This document shows positions 19,185 to 27,700 of a stretch of 64,000 nt of DNA, one piece after another. The DNA is taken from contig JANLSU010000039.1 of the NCBI GenBank assembly GCA_031362565.1, positions 64,001 through 128,000 of the forward strand, read 5' to 3'. The stretch's first letter is position 1. Every line of letters starts with the position of its first letter. The position numbers and the translations under genes were made by a program. Origin of the DNA: a bacterium. GTDB taxonomy: Bacteria; Krumholzibacteriota; Krumholzibacteriia; G020349025. Under the pieces are notes generated by a model, which made no database searches, was not told the DNA's origin, and was given only the letters and a program-made list of their open reading frames with translations.

Positions 19185-20762
19185 TCAGAAGGTCTTCTCG
19201 ACGGTCACACTGTACGAGCGGCGGTCCACGAGACCGGTACTTTGCGTTTCACGGGCATTGCCGCGCAGGCGCGTGCCGTTCGGAAGTTCGAATCCCAGAT
19301 CGAACCCGAACACCCGCTCCGACCCCACGTCGGCCTTGCCACTCACCTGGCGCCACAGCCCGTTCGCTGCCGCCACCATCCGCGGCGTCAGCCGCCAGTT
19401 CGCATTGAGTCCCGTGTGGTGTTCCGCACGGCGAACACGACCTTGGCCGGACAACCGGCGCCAGGTGCCACTGACACTCGTCGAGGCCGACGGATCGAAC
19501 GAACCAGTGACCTGCCACTCACGATCCTGTTGCCCGAGTCCCTCGACGTCCGGCAACTCATCCTGACGCCACGAGACGTTTATGCGCGTGGCGGCGGTGG
19601 GGCGGGTGCGCACTTCGGCCAACTCATGCCATTGCGTTCCCACCGAGCTCGCAGCGCGAATGCGGGCCGCGCGCACCTCCGCCCGGGCCTCGAGGCCGGG
19701 CCGCAGGCGGCCGTCGAGCGAGCCGTACGCCGTGCTCCGCGGCGCGTCGCCGCCGGCACCCGCGAACTGCACCGCGCTCATCCATCCAGTCTGCAGCACG
19801 ACGGCGCGCCAAACGTCGTGACGATAGAGCATTTCGAGCTGCATGTAGTCACTCACATGATTGCTGACCCCGTCGCCTTGGCGGCGGTACTCGCGCACGG
19901 CGCGCAGGTCGAGCCCGGTAAACGGACGCACGCTGAGGTCGGCGGTCAGATCGCGCTCGCCGATCCTCTGGTTACTGGGCGCCGCGTTGTCGTCAGCCCG
20001 GCCCCAGCGTTCGATCACATTGGCGCTGGCCGAAACGCGCCGCTCCGGTGTCCACGCCGCTTGCCCCTGGAGGGTTTGCGTCTGGGTCGAGCGCCGCCGT
20101 GCGAAAGATTGGTATTTCGCCACCAGGCCGTCGTACTGCCCCGTCGTGGTCAATTTCGTCCACGAACGCTCGGCGTGGACACCGCCGCGAAATTCGTCGG
20201 TGCGTTGCGGGGCACCGATGGCGCCGTTGGCTCGAGCGTCAATGCGCCGCACCCCGGCGTTCACACCATACCCGTTGCGACCCCATCCGGCGCGCAGTTG
20301 GCGATCCTCGGACGACGATCGCAGCCCGGCGATTTCACGGTCGAGTCGATTGTATCCGGCGTCGACTTGCGGGCCCCGGCGGGGCGTCCAATGGAGTCCG
20401 AGCTGGGATTGGCGTTCACGCGAGCTGCGGTTGCCGGCGACGTTGCGCTGCCACGGCGCCAGTTGCGCATCGGCGCGCCACCGCGTCGCGCGCAGGTCGG
20501 CAAAGACGCGGCTCCGCAGCAAATCGGTTTCTCGGACGGGCAGGAGCGACTGGTATTGGAGCGAGGCGCGAAGGTGCAGGTCCAAGCCGCGCGGCAGGGG
20601 CTGGCGGCCGCCGATTTCGTACAGATGCCGCATCGCGTCACCTCCGTCGATTCCCTGGACCCGGTTCACGGTTCCCAGGTACCGGCCTTCGATCGCGAGC
20701 GCGGGGTGCACGGCGAGCGCGGCGCCGATCCCGATCGCAAGCTGCAGGTGCCGGGTCCGCAT
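19185..20762 (-). CDS. Outer-membrane beta-barrel protein (about 525 aa)
   Basis: Signal peptide MRTRHLQLAIGIGAALAVHPALA; many alternating amphipathic strands; C-terminal SYSVTVEKTF (BAM-type terminal Phe). Confidence 0.8.
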   Translation of the reverse strand: MRTRHLQLAIGIGAALAVHPALAIEGRYLGTVNRVQGIDGGDAMRHLYEIGGRQPLPRGLDLHLRASLQYQSLLPVRETDLLRSRVFADLRATRWRADAQLAPWQRNVAGNRSSRERQSQLGLHWTPRRGPQVDAGYNRLDREIAGLRSSSEDRQLRAGWGRNGYGVNAGVRRIDARANGAIGAPQRTDEFRGGVHAERSWTKLTTTGQYDGLVAKYQSFARRRSTQTQTLQGQAAWTPERRVSASANVIERWGRADDNAAPSNQRIGERDLTADLSVRPFTGLDLRAVREYRRQGDGVSNHVSDYMQLEMLYRHDVWRAVVLQTGWMSAVQFAGAGGDAPRSTAYGSLDGRLRPGLEARAEVRAARIRAASSVGTQWHELAEVRTRPTAATRINVSWRQDELPDVEGLGQQDREWQVTGSFDPSASTSVSGTWRRLSGQGRVRRAEHHTGLNANWRLTPRMVAAANGLWRQVSGKADVGSERVFGFDLGFELPNGTRLRGNARETQSTGLVDRRSYSVTVEKTF

Positions 20763-20775
20763 GGCGACCGTGCCT

Positions 20776-21867
20776 TCATTGCCCCGGATCGGGGTTGTGC
20801 ACGTTGTGTGCCGCGGGTGAGGTGTAGTCGTTGCCGTGGCAGCCATAGCAGCTCTTGAGGTCGCTCGTGGCGTGCCCATCGCGCCCGGAGAGAGTGTTCA
20901 TGACGATCCCTTGCACGGACTGCGAGCCGGGGATTCCGTCCGCCGGGATGTGACATCCAAAACAGAATTGGCGGGCTTGCGCCGGGTCGTTGACGGTGTC
21001 GTCGAGGCCGCTCCAGCCCGGACGTTGGTCCGAGATCAGGTAGGCGTTGGGGCGCACTCCGTCATTCCCCACCGAGCCATGGACACCGTGGCAGTCGTAG
21101 CACGCCAGTTTGTCGCCGACTTGCACCTGCGGCGGCCAGGACAGCGCGATGGCGGGATTCTTCCGGATGCGGTGGCCGGCGTTCGGTCCGGAGACCGCCG
21201 AGTCATAGAAGTCACCGATGGTGCGATTCGACACATCCATTCCCGGCGGGCCTGCATCCGAATGGCAACGCACACACTGTGCGTAGGCCGCGGGCGGGCC
21301 CGTCTCGGCATGGCCTGAGATCCCGCCGTACGTTCCCACCAACAGGTCGCGCGCCTCCGTGCCATGCGGGTCGTGACAGTTCATGCACGAGCCCTCGCCG
21401 CTCGGGTCGTGCCGCGGCATATCGGGGTCGCTGGCATGCGGCGATACGTAGTGGCCCGTGGAGGTCGTGGTCGGATCGCGGTACGTGCGCTCGCCGGGCC
21501 AGCGGCCGCGCAGGTCGAGCCCCGCCCGCCGCACCCCGCCGGAGTTTATTTCGAAATACCCGGCATCCGGAGTTCCCGTGGGGAGTCGATCCAATTCACG
21601 CAGTGGATACGTCGACGGCCGCACCGAATGACACGTCAGGCACAGCCCGTTGTCGTTGGTCGTGAAGAGCAGGTTCGGGTTCGTGGCGCCCGCATCGCCA
21701 TGTTGCGGATGGCACTGGATACACTGGCCGCGAGTCGAGGGCTGGGTGACGACACGCGAGACGCCGTCTTGGGCATCGCCATGGGGATCGAAAACCGGGG
21801 TTTGCGCAATTGCGGGTTGGGCAGAGGCGGTAAGAATCAGGAGGATCAGGAAGAGGGCCGGTCGCAT
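20776..21867 (-). CDS. Exported heptaheme cytochrome c
   Basis: Signal peptide; 7 CXXCH (CIQCH, CLTCH, CMNCH, CVRCH, CYDCH, CFGCH, CYGCH). Confidence 0.92.
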   Translation of the reverse strand: MRPALFLILLILTASAQPAIAQTPVFDPHGDAQDGVSRVVTQPSTRGQCIQCHPQHGDAGATNPNLLFTTNDNGLCLTCHSVRPSTYPLRELDRLPTGTPDAGYFEINSGGVRRAGLDLRGRWPGERTYRDPTTTSTGHYVSPHASDPDMPRHDPSGEGSCMNCHDPHGTEARDLLVGTYGGISGHAETGPPAAYAQCVRCHSDAGPPGMDVSNRTIGDFYDSAVSGPNAGHRIRKNPAIALSWPPQVQVGDKLACYDCHGVHGSVGNDGVRPNAYLISDQRPGWSGLDDTVNDPAQARQFCFGCHIPADGIPGSQSVQGIVMNTLSGRDGHATSDLKSCYGCHGNDYTSPAAHNVHNPDPGQ

Positions 21868-21917
21868 CGTGCACTCCCACCCCGGCCCGACGCGACGCCG
21901 ATGCGACTCTGTGTTCG

Positions 21918-21993
21918 GTCCGGGCTCCGACAGTGGCCGGATTGGCGGAGCCCGGACGATGCAGCGATCCCGTGGAACCAGGGCCGTTCCACG
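21918..21993 (-). terminator. Two GC-rich hairpins just downstream of the hexaheme gene (partial terminator or mRNA stabiliser)
   Basis: Perfect inverted repeats GTCCGGGCTCCG/CGGAGCCCGGAC (21918-21957) and CGTGGAAC/GTTCCACG (21971-21993); no clear U-tract. Confidence 0.55.
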
Positions 21994-22002
21994 CCGAACG
22001 CG

Positions 22003-23112
22003 TTAGAAGGCAGTGCTGCTGCCACCCATGCTATGGCACTGGCGGCACAGGTTGCGAGTATCGACGCCCGCATCACCCTGCTCGGTAACCGCGCCCGAAC
22101 CCAACATGAAGATCAGACCGAACGCGTTCTGATTCCCATGACCCTTGTGGCACGACATGCAGGACGCCGTCAAGTCCGTGTTTCCAATCGCGTAACTGCC
22201 GGCACGCACGCCGGTCGGCGACATGACTTGCACTTGGTTGCGATTTGGGACGACGGGGCTCGTACCCACGAAGCGCGCCAGGCTCGAGTGTCCGCCACCG
22301 AGCGCGCCGATGTTCACCGTCGATGCCGGGTGACGCTTGAACTCGTCCAACAACCCGAGCGGGTTCGGGGCGGGCGCGAGCACACCGCCAATTTCCGCGC
22401 CACCAAGCGAGCCATGGAAGTCTGTATGACAGCTCTTGCAGAAGGTCGCGTACTGCGATTCCGTCGTCACTGGTTCGTTGAACGTGATGTGGTTGTAACC
22501 GTAGTGGTTGGCGTTCACGCCGCTCGACACGTCTTCGAACACCCAACGAGTCAGGTCGTTCGAGGGTTCGACGTCGCCGCGCGAGTAGCTGAGGCTGATT
22601 CCCGATGGGCCGTACAAATTGCGGTAGCCGCCGTTGCTCGGCAGACCGCTCTGCGTCCGGCCATGCGGTGCGTGACAATCGACGCAGTTCAAGCCGGTCA
22701 GGTTGCGCCACGTTCCGCCAGGGGCCACCAGGCCCGAACCCAGAGTGTGGCCGTTTTCCGGATGGTAGCTGCCGGTGCTGCTCACGTCATTCAGTGCGCC
22801 CGCTTGACGCACGTACCCGGCGCTATGGGTTTCGAGAACGTCAGGCGCGAAGTTCTGGCCGTCATGGCAGGACAAGCACAGGTCGTTGATGTCATTGCGC
22901 AGCAGGAATTCGTACGGTCCGGCGGCGCCGAGCGCCGTGAAGTTTCCGCCACCATTGGCGTTGTAACCGTGGGACTGGCTGGCGTGCATCACATGGCAAT
23001 CTGCACAAATGAGATTGACGCCGGTATGCCAGTCGCCCGCAAAGGCAACTCCGGCCACCAGAGTCATCACGCTGCTCAAGACCACGACGTTTCTTAGGAT
23101 CTTCTTCGTCAT
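22003..23112 (-). CDS. OmcS-like hexaheme cytochrome c (putative nanowire subunit)
   Basis: Signal peptide ending AFA; 6 CXXCH; motif order WH-x6-CADCHVMH, GPYEFLL, GH..APGGTW..LNCVDCHAPHG, GGYRNL, FCKSCHTDFH..RHP, CMSCHKGH, RNLCRQCH parallels the recalled OmcS sequence. Confidence 0.85.
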   Translation of the reverse strand: MTKKILRNVVVLSSVMTLVAGVAFAGDWHTGVNLICADCHVMHASQSHGYNANGGGNFTALGAAGPYEFLLRNDINDLCLSCHDGQNFAPDVLETHSAGYVRQAGALNDVSSTGSYHPENGHTLGSGLVAPGGTWRNLTGLNCVDCHAPHGRTQSGLPSNGGYRNLYGPSGISLSYSRGDVEPSNDLTRWVFEDVSSGVNANHYGYNHITFNEPVTTESQYATFCKSCHTDFHGSLGGAEIGGVLAPAPNPLGLLDEFKRHPASTVNIGALGGGHSSLARFVGTSPVVPNRNQVQVMSPTGVRAGSYAIGNTDLTASCMSCHKGHGNQNAFGLIFMLGSGAVTEQGDAGVDTRNLCRQCHSMGGSSTAF

Positions 23113-23126
23113 GATGTCTCACCTCT

Positions 23127-24131
23127 TCAGTTCGACCCTGGCTCCTCTCGCCGTGGAGTCGGAGCCGTCGTGTTGGACTCGGAACCGGGGTCCGGGCTCT
23201 TCGTCATCCCGACTTCAAGAATCTGGATCCGGGCGCCCGCCCGCTCCAGGACCACGAGTCGATCGGCGGCGAGAAACGCGCACGAAACCGGGTGGATGAA
23301 CTCTCCTGGTTCGCGACCTCGTCCACCGATACGGCCAAGGTACTTTCCCTCCGTGCTGAACACGCTGATGGAGCTTCGAATCGTGTCGGTGATCCACAGC
23401 GTGTTCTCAGGTCCCCAGGCGGCGTGCGTTGGCAACGAGAAGGTGCCGGCGCCCTCGCCATGTGATCCAAACATCGCAATCTGTGTGCCATCGGATTTGA
23501 ACACCCCAATCGGAGTCTCCGCATCCGCATCGACGGTTGAAATCAGCGATTCGTCAGCATTCACCGCGACACAAACCGGGGCCCGAAACGGTGCTTCGCC
23601 GACGTGATCGATGCGCAGGTCGATCGTGCCGTTCGGCCGAACGGCGAAGATCGACGAACTCGGCCCGCCGATCGCCAGCCAAATACGGCCACTCGGCGCC
23701 ACCGCGACGTCGTTGATTTGACCTGCCGGCAGCGAATCGAGCCATGCCAGGGTCGCGCCGGTCGCCGTGAGGACCTCAAGGCCCCGGCCATTGCCGGCGA
23801 CGTACAGCCGGGCCCGTGAATCGAACGCTACGGCCCGCGGTTCGCACTCCCGCCCCTCGGAATCGCTTGTGGCACAAGGGATTCCGCCGCGGGACCGGCC
23901 CGTGCCATCGAACAGCAGCAGGCGGTGATTGCCGGTATCGGCGACCACGAGGAGGCCGCGAGCAGGGTCAGCAGCCAGTCCGAGTGGGCCATGGAAGGCG
24001 TCGAGCGGCGACGGGCCATACCAGATCCGCGGCACCGAAAGGATGACGGGCGCCTGCGCCGCGGCGGCCGCGGCGACGCCGGCGAGGATCGAGGCGTACA
24101 CGAGGGTCCGGCAGAGGCGGCGGGCGCGCAT
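23127..24131 (-). CDS. Exported NHL-repeat beta-propeller protein
   Basis: ATG 24131 after GGAGG; signal peptide; NHL repeats (FHGPLGLA..VADTGNHR, FGSHGEGAGTFSLP, IGGRGREPGEFIHP). Confidence 0.88.
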   Translation of the reverse strand: MRARRLCRTLVYASILAGVAAAAAAQAPVILSVPRIWYGPSPLDAFHGPLGLAADPARGLLVVADTGNHRLLLFDGTGRSRGGIPCATSDSEGRECEPRAVAFDSRARLYVAGNGRGLEVLTATGATLAWLDSLPAGQINDVAVAPSGRIWLAIGGPSSSIFAVRPNGTIDLRIDHVGEAPFRAPVCVAVNADESLISTVDADAETPIGVFKSDGTQIAMFGSHGEGAGTFSLPTHAAWGPENTLWITDTIRSSISVFSTEGKYLGRIGGRGREPGEFIHPVSCAFLAADRLVVLERAGARIQILEVGMTKSPDPGSESNTTAPTPRREEPGSN

Positions 24132-24228
24132 GGTTTTCCTCCGCAGAACAGGGCTGGGGTAACCCACTTCCTCCGGTTCTTCGGTGCGAGGATTCGGTGT
24201 ATTCAAACGACTCAACGCGCGGGTCGAG

Positions 24229-24291
24229 TGTGTCCTTTCGCTCGGGCAGGTCCTTTGGCAACGCTCGAACGGACGCACTGTGTCCTTTCGC
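24229..24291 (-). repeat. 13-bp direct repeat GCGAAAGGACACA (mRNA sense) twice, 50 nt apart, in the operon leader
   Basis: TGTGTCCTTTCGC on + strand at 24229-24241 and 24279-24291, with a partial third copy (AAAGGAC) between; each full copy sits in a short hairpin. Confidence 0.75.
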
Positions 24292-24349
24292 ATCAGGCTC
24301 GGGGCCCCCCCTCGGCGCCCCAACGGGGGGTCGGCCGTTGGGTGGAGAA

Positions 24350-24366
24350 CGCAGCTTGCACGCCAA
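24350..24366 (-). promoter_or_regulatory. Putative sigma-54 (-24/-12) promoter of the cytochrome operon
   Basis: Minus strand TTGGCGTGCAAGCTGCG = GG-N10-GC, about 220 nt upstream of the NHL gene. Confidence 0.55.
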
Positions 24367-24538
24367 CGCAACGCATGGGGATCGTGAAATCAACGCCGAT
24401 CGACAGGCAGTTGGACCTGCCGTACGTCGTGCATGCACGTGCGCCGCGAACTTGCGCTGCGGGGTGGAGTCCGCGGCATTGTGGGAACGACGCGCCGGCG
24501 CCGCGGCACGGCCGCCGGCGTTTCATCGCTCCCCAGGG

Positions 24539-25309
24539 TCACATGGGATGCGTCAGCTTGATCGCTGCGAGAACGGCGCCGGACGGATCCGCAAAAATGG
24601 TGAAGCGCCCAACGTTCTCGATCGTCATCGGCGGCATGTAGACCTGGCCGCCGAGTTCGCCGGCCTTCTTCGCGACGCTGTCGCAATCGTCCACCATCAC
24701 ATACGGCGTCCAGTTCGGCGGCATGTTGCCTTGCTGGGGCTTCATCGCCATCATGCCGGCCACCGAACGGCCGCCGACTTGAAACTCCGTGTACTCGTTC
24801 TTCGGATCCGGCTTTGCGGTCCAATTGAAGAGTTCGGTATAGAACGCCTTGGCGCGCGCCGTGTCACGGGTGGCGAGTTCGCTCCAACCGAAGGGGCCCT
24901 TGTCCGAAGTACCGGGATGCTGATCGAGCAGCGCGATGCCAATCGCCGCGCCGGTCGGATCTTGCAGGAACCCGATGCGGCCGACGCCCGGCACGTCCAT
25001 CGCCGGCATCATCGCCTGGCCGCCCAAGGTGGCGGCGCGCGTCAAGGTTTCGTCGACGTTTTCGACCGCGACGTAGGTCGCCCAATTGGACGGTACGCCT
25101 TCGAACTGCGGCCCTGCCATTTGGTACAAGCCGGCGATGTCCTCGCCGCCCGCCTTGAGAATCGTATACGCGCCGGCCCCACCCGGCATCGGCACTTCCA
25201 TCGCTTCCCAGCCGAAGAGGCGGGTATAAAAACTCTTCGCCTTCGCAGCGTCGCGCGTGGCGCATTCGAACCAGTTGAATGTCCCGGGCGCATGCTTGGA
25301 TGCGGACAT
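24539..25309 (-). CDS. VOC/glyoxalase family protein (two domains)
   Basis: Start MSASKHAPGTFNWFEC (GGAGG RBS); duplicated W-E-x-ATRD-AKxFYTxLFxW and GRxxxxxDPxGA motifs. Confidence 0.9.
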   Translation of the reverse strand: MSASKHAPGTFNWFECATRDAAKAKSFYTRLFGWEAMEVPMPGGAGAYTILKAGGEDIAGLYQMAGPQFEGVPSNWATYVAVENVDETLTRAATLGGQAMMPAMDVPGVGRIGFLQDPTGAAIGIALLDQHPGTSDKGPFGWSELATRDTARAKAFYTELFNWTAKPDPKNEYTEFQVGGRSVAGMMAMKPQQGNMPPNWTPYVMVDDCDSVAKKAGELGGQVYMPPMTIENVGRFTIFADPSGAVLAAIKLTHPM

Positions 25310-25541
25310 GACCAGCCTCCGGTTGCGGTGGGCGGATTCTCGGCGTCGAGTCGAGCGAATCGTCATCGCACGCCTCGAAGCGACATCTTGATCACGGAGC
25401 CAGCGAGGAGCCTGAGTGTAGCCGATTCGCAGGCGGTGTGAAGGTCCGAGGTGAGGGCGCCCGGGAGGGCTGGCGGCGGCCCTCCGGCCATCGGCTATAC
25501 TGCCCCACTGACGAACCCGGATGACTTTTGGAGCGAACCGC

Positions 25542-26924
25542 ATGCGCAAGAGCAAGGCGATGTCCGTGGCACTGGCCGTCTGGTCGCTGGCGGCGATTCT
25601 CTGGGTCGGCGCCTCGCACGGCCTGTCGATCCCGCCCGCCATGATCGCCATGGTGCGTTGGATCGGCATCGCCGCCCTCGTCATCCACGCGTACCGCCGT
25701 CGCTCGCTCACGACGTGGATCCTGGTCGCAATGGTCGCCGGCGCCGCGGTCGGCCATGACTGGCCCACGGCCGGCCAGAACTTGCGCATCCTCAGCCAAA
25801 TTTTTCTGCGCTTGATCAAGACCATTATCGCGCCGCTGATCTTCTCGACTCTAGTGGTCGGCATCGCCGGACACAGCGACATCAAGAAGGTCGGGCGGAT
25901 GGGCATCCGGGCGCTCATCTACTTCGAGGTCGTGACGACGATCGCACTGTTCATCGGGCTCGCCGCAATCAACCTGAGCAAAGCCGGAGTGGGTGTGCAA
26001 CCGCCGGCCGAGATGCACGCCGAGCTCCCGAAAACGGAGAAGCAGTCTGCCACCGACGTCATCCTGCACGCCTTTCCCGAAAACATCTGCAAGTCGATCG
26101 CCGAGGGCCAGGTTCTGCAGGTGGTCATTTTTTCGATCCTCTTCGCAATTGCACTGGCCTCGCTCCCCGAGGTACGCCGCGCGCCGATGATGCGTTTCTG
26201 CGAAAGCCTGTCGGAGACGATGTTCAAGTTCACCAACATCGTCATGCTCTTCGCCCCGATTGGGGTCGGGGCGGCGATTGCCAACACCGTCGGCCACATG
26301 GGACTCGGCGTCCTCGTAAACCTCTTCAAGCTCTTGGCAACGCTGTATGTGGCGCTCATCGTGTTCTTGTTGTTCGTACTGCTGCCGATCGCGCTCCTCA
26401 TGCGCGTGCCGATCCGGCGCTTCGTGCGCGCGATCGCCGAGCCGGTATCGATCGCGTTCGCGACGACGAGCAGCGAAGCCGCCCTGCCACGCGCCATGGA
26501 AGCCATGGTCGCGATCGGCGTGCCGCGCCAGATCGTCGCCTTCGTCATGCCGACCGGTTACAGCTTCAACCTGGACGGTTCGACGCTCTATCTGTCGCTG
26601 GCAGCGGTCTTCGTGGCGCAAGCCGCTGGAATCCATCTCGACTTCGGCCAACAGCTCGCCATCGTGTTCACGTTGATGCTGACGAGTAAAGGCGTCGCCG
26701 GAATTCCGCGCGCCAGTCTCGTCATCCTCCTCGGCACCGCGGCCTCGTTCAACCTCCCGGAATGGCCGATCTTCATCATTCTCGGCATCGACGAGCTGAT
26801 GGACATGGCGCGCACCTCCGTCAACGTCATCGGCAATTGCCTCGCCACCGTCGTCGTCGCGCGCTGGGAAGGCGACTTCGGCCGGGAGCGTCCCTCCGTC
26901 ACAGTTCTGGAAGCCGCCGAGTAA
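25542..26924 (+). CDS. Dicarboxylate/amino acid:cation symporter (GltP/DctA family)
   Basis: FLRLIKTIIAPLIFSTLVVGIA, AFATTSSEAALP, PTGYSFNLDGS, LTSKGVAG, MDMARTSVNVIGN. Confidence 0.95.
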   Translation: MRKSKAMSVALAVWSLAAILWVGASHGLSIPPAMIAMVRWIGIAALVIHAYRRRSLTTWILVAMVAGAAVGHDWPTAGQNLRILSQIFLRLIKTIIAPLIFSTLVVGIAGHSDIKKVGRMGIRALIYFEVVTTIALFIGLAAINLSKAGVGVQPPAEMHAELPKTEKQSATDVILHAFPENICKSIAEGQVLQVVIFSILFAIALASLPEVRRAPMMRFCESLSETMFKFTNIVMLFAPIGVGAAIANTVGHMGLGVLVNLFKLLATLYVALIVFLLFVLLPIALLMRVPIRRFVRAIAEPVSIAFATTSSEAALPRAMEAMVAIGVPRQIVAFVMPTGYSFNLDGSTLYLSLAAVFVAQAAGIHLDFGQQLAIVFTLMLTSKGVAGIPRASLVILLGTAASFNLPEWPIFIILGIDELMDMARTSVNVIGNCLATVVVARWEGDFGRERPSVTVLEAAE

Positions 26925-27046
26925 CCCCCTGGAACGGACGCGGCGCGGATGGGATAGTCCAAAGCGCTGCGGCGGCGCTACAATTCGCCCGGCCGCGCTG
27001 CGAGACACGACCGGCCGTATTCGCTCGAACACGAAAGAAGGAAAAC

Positions 27047-27700
27047 ATGTCAGTACGCATCGGTGACGAGGCGCCGGACTTCACGGCCGACACGACGGAA
27101 GGGCAGCTCCGTTTCCACGAGTGGATCGGCGACAAGTGGGCGATCCTGTTCTCGCATCCGAAGGATTTCACACCGGTGTGCACGACTGAACTCGGCTACA
27201 TGGCCGGCCTGAAGCCCGAGTTCGAGAAGCGCAACACCAAGGTCATCGGATTGTCCGTCGATCCGGTGACCGACCACCAGTCGTGGGTGAAGGACATTCA
27301 GGAGACACAGGGCCATGCCGTGAACTATCCGCTCATCGGCGACGCCGATCTCACGGTGGCGAAGCTCTACGACATGATTCACCCGAACGCCGCCGGCGGG
27401 AAGCGCACCGCGGTCGACAACATGACCGTGCGGTCGGTGTTCGTCGTGGGGCCCGACAAGAAGGTCAAGGCAATGCTCGTCTACCCGATGAGCACGGGCC
27501 GCAACTTCGACGAAGTCCTGCGGCTCCTCGACTCCTGCCAGCTGACCGCCAAGCACACGGTGGCGACACCAGTGAATTGGCAGCCGGGCCAAGACGTGAT
27601 CATCCCGACGTCGGTTTCCGACGAGGATGCCAAAAAGAAATACCCGCAGGGCTTCAAGACGCTCAAGCCCTATCTCCGGACGGTGGCCCAGCCGAAGTGA
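27047..27700 (+). CDS. 1-Cys peroxiredoxin (Prx6 family)
   Basis: Start MSVRIGDEAPDF after AAGGA; FSHPKDFTPVCTTE; YPMSTGRNFDE. Confidence 0.95.
   Translation: MSVRIGDEAPDFTADTTEGQLRFHEWIGDKWAILFSHPKDFTPVCTTELGYMAGLKPEFEKRNTKVIGLSVDPVTDHQSWVKDIQETQGHAVNYPLIGDADLTVAKLYDMIHPNAAGGKRTAVDNMTVRSVFVVGPDKKVKAMLVYPMSTGRNFDEVLRLLDSCQLTAKHTVATPVNWQPGQDVIIPTSVSDEDAKKKYPQGFKTLKPYLRTVAQPK

Noticed and set aside
19185..21867. Calling the barrel and cytochrome mtrB/mtrA
   Set aside because: The cytochrome has 7 rather than 10 hemes with different spacing, and the barrel is shorter with no recognisable MtrB motifs.
24150..24200. ydaO/c-di-AMP riboswitch-like 5' segment (CCGAATCC...GAACCGGAGGAA)
   Set aside because: The 3' half (CCCGxxxGCUAAC) is not evident before the start codon; it needs an Infernal scan before any call.
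24132..24345. c-di-GMP-I/cGAMP (GEMM-I) riboswitch, as expected from Geobacter cytochrome genes
   Set aside because: The core GG(C/U)AAAC...GAAA...GACGCAAAGC pattern was not found; only CGAAAG fragments.
13900..24540. Mobile element or genomic island boundaries around the cytochrome operon
   Set aside because: No integrase, transposase, tRNA or flanking direct repeats seen; the slightly lower GC in the hexaheme gene can be explained by amino-acid composition.
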